A stretch of 22,030 nucleotides of DNA from Myxococcota bacterium (GTDB taxonomy: Bacteria; Myxococcota_A; Bradymonadia; UBA7976; UBA1532). The notes under the pieces were generated by a model, which was not told the DNA's origin, searched no databases, and saw nothing but the letters and a program-made list of their open reading frames with translations. Both the position numbers and the translations under genes were made by a program. Numbering within the stretch: the stretch's first letter is position 1; each line of letters begins with the position of its first letter. Positions 8,974 through 18,004 of the stretch are shown here, in pieces. The stretch spans positions 1 through 22,030 of the forward strand of contig JAYZEG010000076.1 in NCBI GenBank assembly GCA_036337435.1, given 5' to 3'.

Positions 8974-10638
8974 TCAATCACAGAAAACCGTCATTTCTCC
9001 GTTTCGAATCTTTTGTTGAGTCTGATCTGCCAACTGAATCATTTCATTGGGCCATTGCTCTGGAGGCGGACACCAAATGGTCGTTTTGGACTCGGATCCG
9101 CTGACGGGAAAGGAGAGTCGCCACGCATGTAGAAATAGCGTATCTCCAGCCTGTCCATACAGTTCGTCACCTCGAATCGAATTTGAAAGCCCTTTTTCGT
9201 GGGCTGCGTGTACTCTGAGTTGATGTGTTCGCCCGGTTTGTGGCCGAAATAAGATTAGACTGCCGTTGTCGTACTCTCCGAGTACCTGATAGTCGGTCAC
9301 CGCATCTTTTCCCTGAGTGGATACAGATTGTTTTCGACCCCCGCCCTCGACGGCACTCAAGGGCAGCTCAATCGCACCAACGGCAGGAATCTGGGCTGTC
9401 TCCAACCAAGCGAGATACCATTTTTCGATGGCGCCCTCCAAGAACAGACGGTGGAATGATGCCTGTGCCTGAGCATGAAGTGCGATGACCATCAAACCAG
9501 ATGTCTCGTAATCTAAGCGATGTGCCGCGCGTGCCGAGGCACCACGAGCGTAAAAATGCCTGACTCGAGTCACAACGGAATCAATTTTATCATGCCCTCG
9601 ACCGGGTGCTGCCAGTAGGCGGCCTGGCTTATCCACAGCAATCCAGTCATCGGTTTCACTCAGCAATGGAAGGTCGAAAGCACTGTCAAAAACATTTGGC
9701 TCATTGGCTCCGCAGAGCATGTGACCCAAGATCGGATGACATCGCTCCTCGCACGGAGGGTACACGTGGCCCTCGATCCGAATCGGATCGGCAAGACTGT
9801 CGCCGACCCAAACTTCAGCCATTGAGATCGGCTTGAGGCCACGCCGAGCGGCGTCTTGCAGTAACTTCGGTGCCGCACATTCACCGGTGCCGGGCACAAG
9901 ACTGACTGGATGGATATGCGCCGCTTCCAATGGCAAGGAATGCCCGCAAAAGTTGGTCAGGTTATGTTCTTGGTTAAACGATAACTGAAGCCTGTTTGAT
10001 AACGCTCGGCGACGGGCCTTCAATTGTGTCATTTGTTCAAGCACGTCGTCATACCGGGCCTTCGCGTGGTTGACTGGTGCCCTTAATTCCTTGAGGGTCT
10101 TCCGATAGGCAACGCTTTCGTCCCAACTCTCTTGCTCTAATCGGTGCAATTCGTCGGGGTCATCTCGTGCCGCGACTCTGCGCATACGCCGCGTCTTCCG
10201 TTTTTCATTTTTCTCAGCACGCAGTCGTGTCTGCTCGAATTAGAAGTGGGATTTCGCGGCAGCTAACTGATCAAGAATTTCGGGCCACCGTAGGGCTTTA
10301 ATCTGAGCGGACAGTTCATTGAGTTTCTCAAAGGTATCGGCCTCTTCCTGCGACGTTGCATCAACCAAGCGCGTCGGGGGTGCCCACCCGATTTCAAGCC
10401 CAGCAAGTTGCTTCGTACCCGAATAGGCCATTAACGTCGTCCGTCGCCCTTTGGAATCATGACCGATGAGTACGCCGATCATGCATCCTTTTTCGCCATC
10501 AAGTGCCGACCTCACACGGGGGATCAACGACCGAGCTGTCTCGATCGCCTCCTCTGATGCTGGCAGCTCATGGGTTGTGTTGCAGTGTCGACAGAAACCG
10601 TAATTATGGCCCAAGATCAATGGTTTGTTCTGTCTCAT
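8974..10638 (-). pseudogene. Long-form RluA-family pseudouridine synthase interrupted by one in-frame TAA at 10240-10242
   Basis: ORFs 10240..10638 and 8974..10185 share a frame and read ...AAAKSHF*FEQTRLRAEKNEKRKTRRMRR.... A strong RBS (GAGGAGG) precedes ATG 10638. N-terminal motifs typical of long RluA proteins: GCMIGVL, AYSG, GECAAPKLLQ, MAEVW, YPPC. Catalytic domain intact: VDKP, HRLDYETSGL, GRTHQLRVH, GDELYG, LHAWRL. Confidence 0.85.
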
Positions 10639-10854
10639 TCGCCCCGGCCTCCTCGTTACGATAACCGCTCGAGGTTAAATGTTCGCCAGACATGACTACA
10701 AGATCCTCGGTGAAACCGTCAATCAACACAAGCGAAACACGCTTACATCGCTCGGCAAAAACGAGCCTCCAGTAGGCCAAACGCGTCTTTGCCCGACGCG
10801 AGCGCGACCCGATTGACCTTGTGAACCGGACTCGATTTGTGATCTCATCTGTGT

Positions 10855-11451
10855 ATGAGCGATGAAAACCATGACCGGTCCGAAGAGTCACTGATGAAGC
10901 CGACAGATAAGGGTCCGAGTCAACGTTTGACAAGAGCCGACTTAAGACAACGAAAACAGCCGCGTAGCCGATTCGAAACGCGGGAGAGACAACCAATCGC
11001 CATGGTCCTAGACGGTGTACTGGGAACGTACAATCAAGGGGCTATTTTCCGACTGTGCGATGCGTTTCTCATCGAACAGGTCCACTTTTGCAGCACCACC
11101 ATTCAGGTAAAACACAGACGGTTTCTGAAGTCTGCGCGTGGCACCCAAAAGTGGGTGCCCTACACCGATGGTGACAACTGCCTAAATTTGATTCGAGCCT
11201 ATCGACAAAAAGGCTATCAGATCGTTGTCGCCGAGCAGTGTACAGGCAGTACACCGGCAATTGACGCTCAATTTGACTCACCAGTGTGCCTGGTTCTAGG
11301 CGGCGAACTCGCGGGGGTATCCCAGGCCGTAGTGGATCAAGCGGACCTTGTCATCGAGTTTCCAAGCGATGGTATGGCTAACTCCATCAATGTTTCCATG
11401 ACCGCCGCGATGCTCGTCTATGCCGTTCACCAAGCCATGAATGGTCCTTAG
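10855..11451 (+). CDS. TrmH/SpoU-family (SPOUT) RNA methyltransferase
   Basis: SPOUT motifs YNQGAIFR, LVLGGELAGVS and EFPSDGMANSINVS. Confidence 0.92.
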   Translation: MSDENHDRSEESLMKPTDKGPSQRLTRADLRQRKQPRSRFETRERQPIAMVLDGVLGTYNQGAIFRLCDAFLIEQVHFCSTTIQVKHRRFLKSARGTQKWVPYTDGDNCLNLIRAYRQKGYQIVVAEQCTGSTPAIDAQFDSPVCLVLGGELAGVSQAVVDQADLVIEFPSDGMANSINVSMTAAMLVYAVHQAMNGP

Positions 11452-11470
11452 ACAAAATGCTGAACTCTGT

Positions 11471-12436
11471 CTAAGCCGGTTCAGGACCTATGTCGCGGGA
11501 CATTTTCACCGCAAGCTTTCCACGAACGCGCTTAGATTCAAGTGCTGCATAGGCGTCTCGATACCCATGCGACGGATAGACCATCTGCACAATTGGGCGC
11601 ACTGCGCCCGATTCGATAAGCCGTGTGATTTCAATCAGGTCTGTTTTTGATTTACGGACCACGACCACTCTACTCTTTTGCTTGCGAAACCCATTCAATA
11701 CCCCCCAACTAAATGTACGGGGGGCAGGAATCGTAGTAATATACATCCCATTTTTTGACAGAACATTTCGAGCGTCTGTAAACCGGCGATTCCCATAGCA
11801 ATCGAAAAAAACATCAAATCGAGCGTCTAGACAGCAGCAGTCTTGCTCGGTGTAGTCAACAACAGACTCAGCTCCGAGCGAAGCCATCCAACCGGTGTTC
11901 CGATAACTCGTTACAGCCGTCACTTCAGCACCCATTGCCCGCGCAATTTGCACAGCAAACGTGCCGACACCGCCAGACGCACCATTTATCAGAACCCTTT
12001 GTCCAGTTTGAAGCTTTGCCAAATAGGCAAACGCTTGATAAGCCGTCAGCGCAGCAAGGGGAACGACCGCTGCGTGACTATGAGACAAATTCTTTGGTTT
12101 CGGTGCAACGACACTCGCATGTACTCGAATTTTCTCAGCTGATGTGCCGCCCAGGGGTTGGAAAGTCATTCCATAAACAGCATCTCCAATGCGGATTTGG
12201 TCCACTCCCTGACCAACGGCGACGACAACGCCGGAAAAGTCGGAGCAAGACAGCCGCGCGGAACTCGCGAACGCAAGCGGTCCAAGCTCACCTCGTCTAA
12301 TTCGATAATCAAGTGGATTCAACCCAACACTATCGACATCAACAATGACCGAACGTCTCGATAATGTCGGTTCGGGTAGGTCTAGCTCCTGGAGCTGCTC
12401 GATGGAACCATGTCTCTTGTATCCGAATGCGCGCAC
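11471..12436 (-). CDS. NAD(P)-dependent oxidoreductase, MDR superfamily (zinc-independent, quinone-reductase-like)
   Basis: Motifs GLNPLD, DFSGVV, AVVPLAALTAYQ, VLINGASGGVGTFAVQIA and RVRGKL. Lacks the catalytic Zn Cys/GHE signature. GTG start with GGGGGG upstream. Confidence 0.9.
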   Translation of the reverse strand: MRAFGYKRHGSIEQLQELDLPEPTLSRRSVIVDVDSVGLNPLDYRIRRGELGPLAFASSARLSCSDFSGVVVAVGQGVDQIRIGDAVYGMTFQPLGGTSAEKIRVHASVVAPKPKNLSHSHAAVVPLAALTAYQAFAYLAKLQTGQRVLINGASGGVGTFAVQIARAMGAEVTAVTSYRNTGWMASLGAESVVDYTEQDCCCLDARFDVFFDCYGNRRFTDARNVLSKNGMYITTIPAPRTFSWGVLNGFRKQKSRVVVVRKSKTDLIEITRLIESGAVRPIVQMVYPSHGYRDAYAALESKRVRGKLAVKMSRDIGPEPA

Positions 12437-12806
12437 AAATCCCCCCGGGTCATTGAACTATGGTCACCTAAGCGGTGGAATTATCGTGTCATCAAGCCTC
12501 GTAAGTCTATTGAAATCATGTGGCTTCACACCGGACCACGCGGAATATAATCAGACGCTTTGTCTCGCATTCGAATAGAAGTCACCTGAATTAACCGGGC
12601 ATTATGGACATTGCGTGATGTACAAAGTGATTGGTATCGAGTAGTACGGTGCCATTGTGCGGGTGGAGGAAAACAAGCTCACCGAATGAATATCAGCATT
12701 GATTTGGCGTCCGTCACGCGCCGGACCTGTTTTGGTTGCGGAATCAGCACTTTTTTCCGTGACGCTTTAGTCGAGGACGGACCAGTGTGAATTGAGGTAC
12801 GATCTT

Positions 12807-13319
12807 ATGTTGAATGCAGATTCAATTGTCCACCATTGCAAGAGCCGAATCGTGGCCGTTGCATCAGACAAGGGCCACTATCGGATTGTTGCAACCGAAG
12901 ACATTGCTGAGGGACGTAACATCCTTACAATCGAAGGTCAGGTGACTCAACAACCGACCATGTACTCAGTGCAAATCTCTGAGCATGAGCACATCGATTT
13001 GGATGATCCATTTCAAGTTGAGCAGCATCCAGAGCGCTACATGTGGCGTTTTCTTAATCATCACTGCCGGCCCAACTCGGTACTTGAAGGACGCGAGTTA
13101 AGAGCCATCAAGACCATCAACGCGGGTGATGAAGTCACCTTCAATTACAATGCCAATGAATATGAAATGGCGTCACCTTTCAGCTGTTGGTGTGAGTCGA
13201 CTGACAAAGCAGCACGTTGTACCGTTCGTGGCTACAAATATCTGAGTTCGGCAGAACGACGGCAATTAGACGGTCTGGTCTCGCCTCACGTCTTGACGTT
13301 GGCCAATCTCGAGCGGTGA
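12807..13319 (+). CDS. SET-domain protein (putative SAM-dependent lysine methyltransferase) with a post-SET Cys cluster
   Basis: RFLNHHCRPN (NHxCxPN), LRAIKTINAGDEVTFNY and post-SET FSCWC...C. GAGG RBS at 12794-12797 favours ATG 12807. Confidence 0.9.
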   Translation: MLNADSIVHHCKSRIVAVASDKGHYRIVATEDIAEGRNILTIEGQVTQQPTMYSVQISEHEHIDLDDPFQVEQHPERYMWRFLNHHCRPNSVLEGRELRAIKTINAGDEVTFNYNANEYEMASPFSCWCESTDKAARCTVRGYKYLSSAERRQLDGLVSPHVLTLANLER

Positions 13320-13513
13320 GCCGGAAACCAGTTGGCAAGGTCGGCCGATCCCCTCCCCGCCTCCAACGGGCAATACAGAGAATGCCAGCCCTGCCCCGAT
13401 TGCATACATCCAAATAGACAAACAATGGAAATTTGTCATAGTGAGTGGATAGTCGGTCAGGATATGCTCACGTTGCACATACGAGGGAAGAAGCCCGGCT
13501 GTGGAGGCGTTCG

Positions 13514-14875
13514 ATGCTCACATTTAAAAGCAGAATTTGTCAGAGGCAGCAGGTAAGACGGTCTGCGATCTTACTCTTCGTCACCAGTGCTTTAATCGCC
13601 TGTACAAACCAATCTATCCGAACTCCCAGAAGTCAGTCATCAGGTGTGCAAGAACCAATCCGCTCTATCGATACCTATCCGAATGGCCAATGTCCGATTC
13701 GAGCGGATTCAAGTCGCTATTCAGTCACGCTCTTCTCTGATGGCATTCGAATTGAAGGGTTTCGCCGAGTATCCATAGACCCTATATGGGTTCAGCGAAT
13801 CGAGTTCGCTCGGGCTGGCTCGAAAGGACCGGATATCGAGCGTCTGCAGACTCTATTGAAGGAATGTCGACTCAGCAGTTCGAGCCATAAACAACTCACT
13901 CGCTGGGTTCATCATGCCAATCGAGGCCATCAATTGTCTCGGACAGACCAGAGCCAGTTAGGCCGTTCGTTGGCCGTAGATTTTGCACGGTACGCTGACG
14001 GATTCGGTACGGCCCAAAACCGACTAGGAACGCTCTTAAAGAAGTGCCCGAGTACAATTCCGGCAGCGACAAAAGCTCTCAAGCTCGCGATTAAAAATTG
14101 CACAAACGCGCGTAAAGAGCTTGAAAGTCGGGACCTGTATCTGGACACATTGACGCGAGACAAAGCCCGAGCGACCGTCACTGAACGAATAACGGCTCTG
14201 AAGCAAGAGCTTACGTTGCAGAACCGCGTGGAGACTTTAGGGCAACTCTGTAAGCCCGACGCTCAAGGTCAAGTTCAAAGCACCGTTGAAATCGAAAAGA
14301 AGCTCGCGACGCTGAGCCGGCTTGGAGGTAAGGAGTCCAAGATAAACTCCAAGTTGGCAGAGCGGTGCAAATTAACGCGGCGTATGCTGAAGAAATCCCT
14401 CACCCGGCTGCGCGATAATGAGAATAAAATGGAGCGAGAGCGGCGCCGTCGATGCGCTAAAAATCGAGCTCGGATTGCCGTTCCAATGCGGACCCTGGTG
14501 AGCATTGAATACGCCGAAAAAATTGGGGTTCGATTACGCAAATTATCAAAGGAACTCCGATCCAAGGCTCGTTCGGCGATTCGAAAAAAAGGGCTGTCGG
14601 ACGAACAGCAACAATTCATCCAATGTGCAACGGATGCGTTCGGCGCGGCAGACGATATTATGCGAGGGATCTACCAGATGCATCGAGGTCGCTATGCAAG
14701 AGAGTGGCTGAAGAAGGGGCGGTTTGAAGAGGTGCAAGAAGAGGTAATGCGACGAGCGAGTCAACCAGGTGCTGCTTGTCGCGGATTTGTATTGGGTGGA
14801 CTCACACGCCGAATTTTAGGACCAATCGATACCTATCTTTCTCGCGTGGACGCGACACCGAACGAATGTAAGTAG
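13514..14875 (+). CDS. Hypothetical lipoprotein, basic, predicted largely helical/coiled-coil
   Basis: GGAGG at 13503-13507 precedes ATG 13514. Basic N-region, hydrophobic stretch and lipobox ALIAC. 453-aa open frame; no family recognised. Confidence 0.7.
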   Translation: MLTFKSRICQRQQVRRSAILLFVTSALIACTNQSIRTPRSQSSGVQEPIRSIDTYPNGQCPIRADSSRYSVTLFSDGIRIEGFRRVSIDPIWVQRIEFARAGSKGPDIERLQTLLKECRLSSSSHKQLTRWVHHANRGHQLSRTDQSQLGRSLAVDFARYADGFGTAQNRLGTLLKKCPSTIPAATKALKLAIKNCTNARKELESRDLYLDTLTRDKARATVTERITALKQELTLQNRVETLGQLCKPDAQGQVQSTVEIEKKLATLSRLGGKESKINSKLAERCKLTRRMLKKSLTRLRDNENKMERERRRRCAKNRARIAVPMRTLVSIEYAEKIGVRLRKLSKELRSKARSAIRKKGLSDEQQQFIQCATDAFGAADDIMRGIYQMHRGRYAREWLKKGRFEEVQEEVMRRASQPGAACRGFVLGGLTRRILGPIDTYLSRVDATPNECK

Positions 14876-14908
14876 GCGACGGGACAGTCCAAGAGCCTGA
14901 GAATCTGA

Positions 14909-16360
14909 CTATCTTGGGTAAACAGGCGGCCTGACTCCGGCGACGTGTTCGAGTAACCTGGTCACCTGGCATGCGTACCCAAATTCGTTGTCATACCAAA
15001 CATATAGGGTGCACTTGTGTCCATTGGGATGCACGAGCGTGGCATGTGAATCAATGATGCTTGCATGCCGATTGCCGACTAAGTCGGTCGATACGATGTC
15101 GACCGATGTGGTGTATCCAATTTGGTACTGCAGTGGTCCTTCCAAGGCCAAACCACGTAAATAGCCATTGATTTCATCCTTGGTGCTTGGACTTTGCAGA
15201 TCGAGGGAGATGATTGCCATCGACACATTCGGCGTCGGAACCCGGATCGCATTGGCGGTCAACTTACCATCAAGCTCAGGGCACACCTTCGCCACGGCCT
15301 TAGCCGCTCCTGTTTCGGTGATAACCATATTCATGGCAGCCGCCCGGCCTCGCCGCTCTTTTTTGTGGAAGTTATCGATCAGGTTCTGGTCGTTGGTATA
15401 GGCATGAACCGATTGCATATGACCAGAAACAATCCCAAAGCGTTCATGGACCGCCTTGAGGACAGGAACAATTGCGTTTGTCGTACAGCTCGCTGCCGAT
15501 AAGATGGCTTCGCTCGGTAAAGCTGCTTCTTGATTTACACCGAAGACAATATTTGGAACATCTCCCTTCGCGGGTGCCGTCAGGATGACCTTCGCGACCC
15601 CTTTCGCAGCGAGATGTTGGCTGAGGCCGTTCCGATCACGCCAAATGCCTGTATTGTCGATGACAACCGCATTGTCGATGCCAAATTGTGTATAGTCCGC
15701 TAATTCAGGGCTCTTCGCATGGATGAGGTGAACCAGGTTTCCATTGATCACCATCCCACGCTGATCCGGATCAAGAGTAATCGTGCCTTTAAAGGGTCCG
15801 TGGACAGAATCGCGCCTCAGTAGATCGGCACGTTTACTCAAGTCGTCAGCGGTTCCTGGTCGCGTAACAATGGCTCGCAGACGAAATCGTTCGCCACCGC
15901 CCATACGCTCGATGAGCAGCCGCGCCAACAAGCGACCAATTCGACCAAAACCATAGAGAATGACGTCTTGCGGATTGTCCCGCATCGGGCGCTGACCCCT
16001 CGGAAGATTCTGCAATTCGGATTCAATGAATGAATCGAGGGAAGTCGTTTGTGCAGACTCCTGGTAACGAACGATTAATTTACCAATATCAATCCGCGCC
16101 GGCTGTGGCTTCAACTTGGTGATGGCCTTCAGGGCATGATAAGTATCCACGGCACTCAGCTCTTGCCTGGCGAGATGACGCGCACTGCGATGCGCCTTCA
16201 AAAGATCAACTGGACTCTTGAGGTGAAGCGGCACACCGTACAAATACGTCGGTACGCTATAATCCCGCCACAGAGTGCCGATCAATGGCAACATGGCCTC
16301 AGCTGCTTCTAATCGTTGGTTATAATGATCCAGATATTCGTTTGCTTTATCGCTACTCAT
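14909..16360 (-). CDS. gap: Glyceraldehyde-3-phosphate dehydrogenase, long form with a ~130-aa N-terminal extension
   Basis: YGFGRIGR, DSVHG, DNTG, AASCTTN (catalytic Cys), RVPTPNVS and WYDNEFGY. Start placed at ATG 16360 (MSSDKANE), preceded by GGGGG. Confidence 0.95.
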   Translation of the reverse strand: MSSDKANEYLDHYNQRLEAAEAMLPLIGTLWRDYSVPTYLYGVPLHLKSPVDLLKAHRSARHLARQELSAVDTYHALKAITKLKPQPARIDIGKLIVRYQESAQTTSLDSFIESELQNLPRGQRPMRDNPQDVILYGFGRIGRLLARLLIERMGGGERFRLRAIVTRPGTADDLSKRADLLRRDSVHGPFKGTITLDPDQRGMVINGNLVHLIHAKSPELADYTQFGIDNAVVIDNTGIWRDRNGLSQHLAAKGVAKVILTAPAKGDVPNIVFGVNQEAALPSEAILSAASCTTNAIVPVLKAVHERFGIVSGHMQSVHAYTNDQNLIDNFHKKERRGRAAAMNMVITETGAAKAVAKVCPELDGKLTANAIRVPTPNVSMAIISLDLQSPSTKDEINGYLRGLALEGPLQYQIGYTTSVDIVSTDLVGNRHASIIDSHATLVHPNGHKCTLYVWYDNEFGYACQVTRLLEHVAGVRPPVYPR

Positions 16361-16777
16361 GAATTGCCCCCAATCATGTTTGTATGCCGCGCGTGGCCTG
16401 ATGCGCTTTCCCCAAAGCGCGTACTCCGAGCCTCTATAAGCGGATCTCGACGGATTTTCCAACCCCAAACTGCGCTTGCGAGGGTCGGATCGACGTCTGA
16501 GCCAGCGGACCTGCGTCAAAACTGAACGACACCCCGAGTGAGACCTCAGCTTCAAAGCCATTTAACTAAAAAGGAACCAGGACGACCCTTGACGGATTTT
16601 TGGGGAAGCATGTGACTTAATTTGACGCCGAGCCCCGAAGCAGACAGCAAAGTCATCCCGGGTTGGCAGCCCGAGTCCGTGTAGCGACATGCTGTCGCGT
16701 AAAAAAGTACTTCATCCAATCTGACAGCCAGAAAAACAACATTCTTAAGTTCGGCTTCGGATGCGTTCTAGGATGGT

Positions 16778-17794
16778 TTAGTGCCGCTTTGGAGGGACCA
16801 ATCCGACTTTTCGATACACCTTACCCATGGTGGTACGAGCTCGCCTGTAAGCGCTTTCAGCCCCATTAGCCAAAATGTTATCGAGTTCGGCTTTATCATT
16901 CATCAGGTCGTGATAGCGATTCTGAACGGGGCGCAAGCCTTCTATCACGACCTCCGCGCATTCCGCCTTCAGATGACCATACATCTTCCCTTCGAAGTGT
17001 GCTTCCAACTCAGCAATGGTCTGCCCTGACATAGCTGCATGAATGCTCAAGAGGTTCGATACCCCCGGCTTTTCGGTTTCATCAAAGCGAATTTCGGCAC
17101 CTGAGTCTGTAACACTTCGTTTAATTTTCTTTTCGACGACCGAGGGCGGGTCGAGCAGCGCTATGAAATTATTCTCATTTTCATCAGATTTCGACATCTT
17201 CTTTGTCGGATCCTGGAGACTCATAATTCGAGCACCTACTTTGGGAATGTACGGTTCCGGCACGACAAAGGTATCGGAATAGCGATGATTAAAGCGCTGG
17301 GCCAAGTCACGTGCCAGCTCGAGATGTTGTTTTTGGTCAGCACCGACCGGCACGGCTGTGGCCTGGTAGAGCAAGATGTCAGCAGCCATCAACACAGGAT
17401 AAGTAAACAGACCAGCATTAATATTTGTATTGTGTCGTTTTGACTTGTCTTTGAACTGCGTCATCCGGCTCAGTTCACCCATAGACGTCATCGTGTTGAG
17501 AACCCAGTTTAGCTCTGCATGCTGGGGAATGTGAGATTGGATGACGATTGTGCTTTTTTCTGGATCGATTCCACACGCGAGATACTGAGCCACAAAGGAC
17601 ATACAATTCTTTCTCAGGTCGGCTGGAACCTGTTGAACCGTCAGCGCGTGCAGATCGACGACCAAAAAAATACATTCGTATTGGTCCTGCATGTTCACCC
17701 ACTGTTTTAGGGCACCCACGTAATTACCAAGAGCCAATTGGCCCGATGGCTGTATCCCGGATAAGACAACCGGTTTCTTTGGTGTCTGGGTCAT
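16778..17794 (-). CDS. trpS: Tryptophanyl-tRNA synthetase
   Basis: SGIQPSG, ALGNY (HIGH equivalent), [36 protein letters not shown] and KMSKS. AAGGAG spacing favours ATG 17794 over 17800. Confidence 0.97.
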   Translation of the reverse strand: MTQTPKKPVVLSGIQPSGQLALGNYVGALKQWVNMQDQYECIFLVVDLHALTVQQVPADLRKNCMSFVAQYLACGIDPEKSTIVIQSHIPQHAELNWVLNTMTSMGELSRMTQFKDKSKRHNTNINAGLFTYPVLMAADILLYQATAVPVGADQKQHLELARDLAQRFNHRYSDTFVVPEPYIPKVGARIMSLQDPTKKMSKSDENENNFIALLDPPSVVEKKIKRSVTDSGAEIRFDETEKPGVSNLLSIHAAMSGQTIAELEAHFEGKMYGHLKAECAEVVIEGLRPVQNRYHDLMNDKAELDNILANGAESAYRRARTTMGKVYRKVGLVPPKRH

Positions 17795-18004
17795 GGTCAT
17801 GCTCCTTACACGGCGGTGCGTGTATGTCTGTCTCTAGCAACGTCGTGGTCATCCATATCAGATTGTTTAGCGCGGGGGTAGGACGGGCTTTCATCTAATT
17901 GACTCATTCAATCGGTTCACGATTCTCCACTGGACGAATCTCATTCCATCGCACTCAGTGGAAATGGTATTTTCAGGCGTCGAGTGTATTTTAAAGGGTT
18001 CGCG

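Noticed and set aside
10240..10242. Stop-codon reassignment or Sec/Pyl recoding at the internal stop
   Set aside because: The codon is TAA, not TGA or TAG, and TAA ends other genes in the window at their expected C-termini (M14 peptidase, trpS, last lipoprotein).
12700..12790. SAM-II, SAM-V or SAM/SAH riboswitch upstream of the SET gene
   Set aside because: Only a GTCAC...GTGAC stem resembles SAM/SAH. The conserved loop and the GCTAAA-type 3' motifs are not present.
13332..13556. 74-aa ORF with CQPCPDC as a small metal-binding protein
   Set aside because: TTG start without a clear RBS, overlap with the better-supported lipoprotein start, and no recognisable family.
16361..16561. N-terminal 67 aa of the 550-aa GAPDH ORF
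   Set aside because: Probably an open-frame extension. The RBS-like GGGGG and the expected length of this GAPDH class favour ATG 16360.
16461..16607. 6S RNA (rod-like pairing and a few short motifs reminiscent of ssrS)
   Set aside because: Shorter than typical 6S RNA, the inner arms are asymmetric, and the usual zapA/ygfA context is absent. Kept only as a generic structured-RNA candidate.
16684..16706. Hairpin plus A-tract as the trpS terminator
   Set aside because: On the minus strand the U-tract comes before the hairpin, the wrong order for an intrinsic terminator.
17730..17760. Non-canonical HIGH motif (ALGN) in TrpS as a sign of inactivity
   Set aside because: The first HIGH position varies in bacterial TrpRS, and all other motifs including KMSKS are intact.
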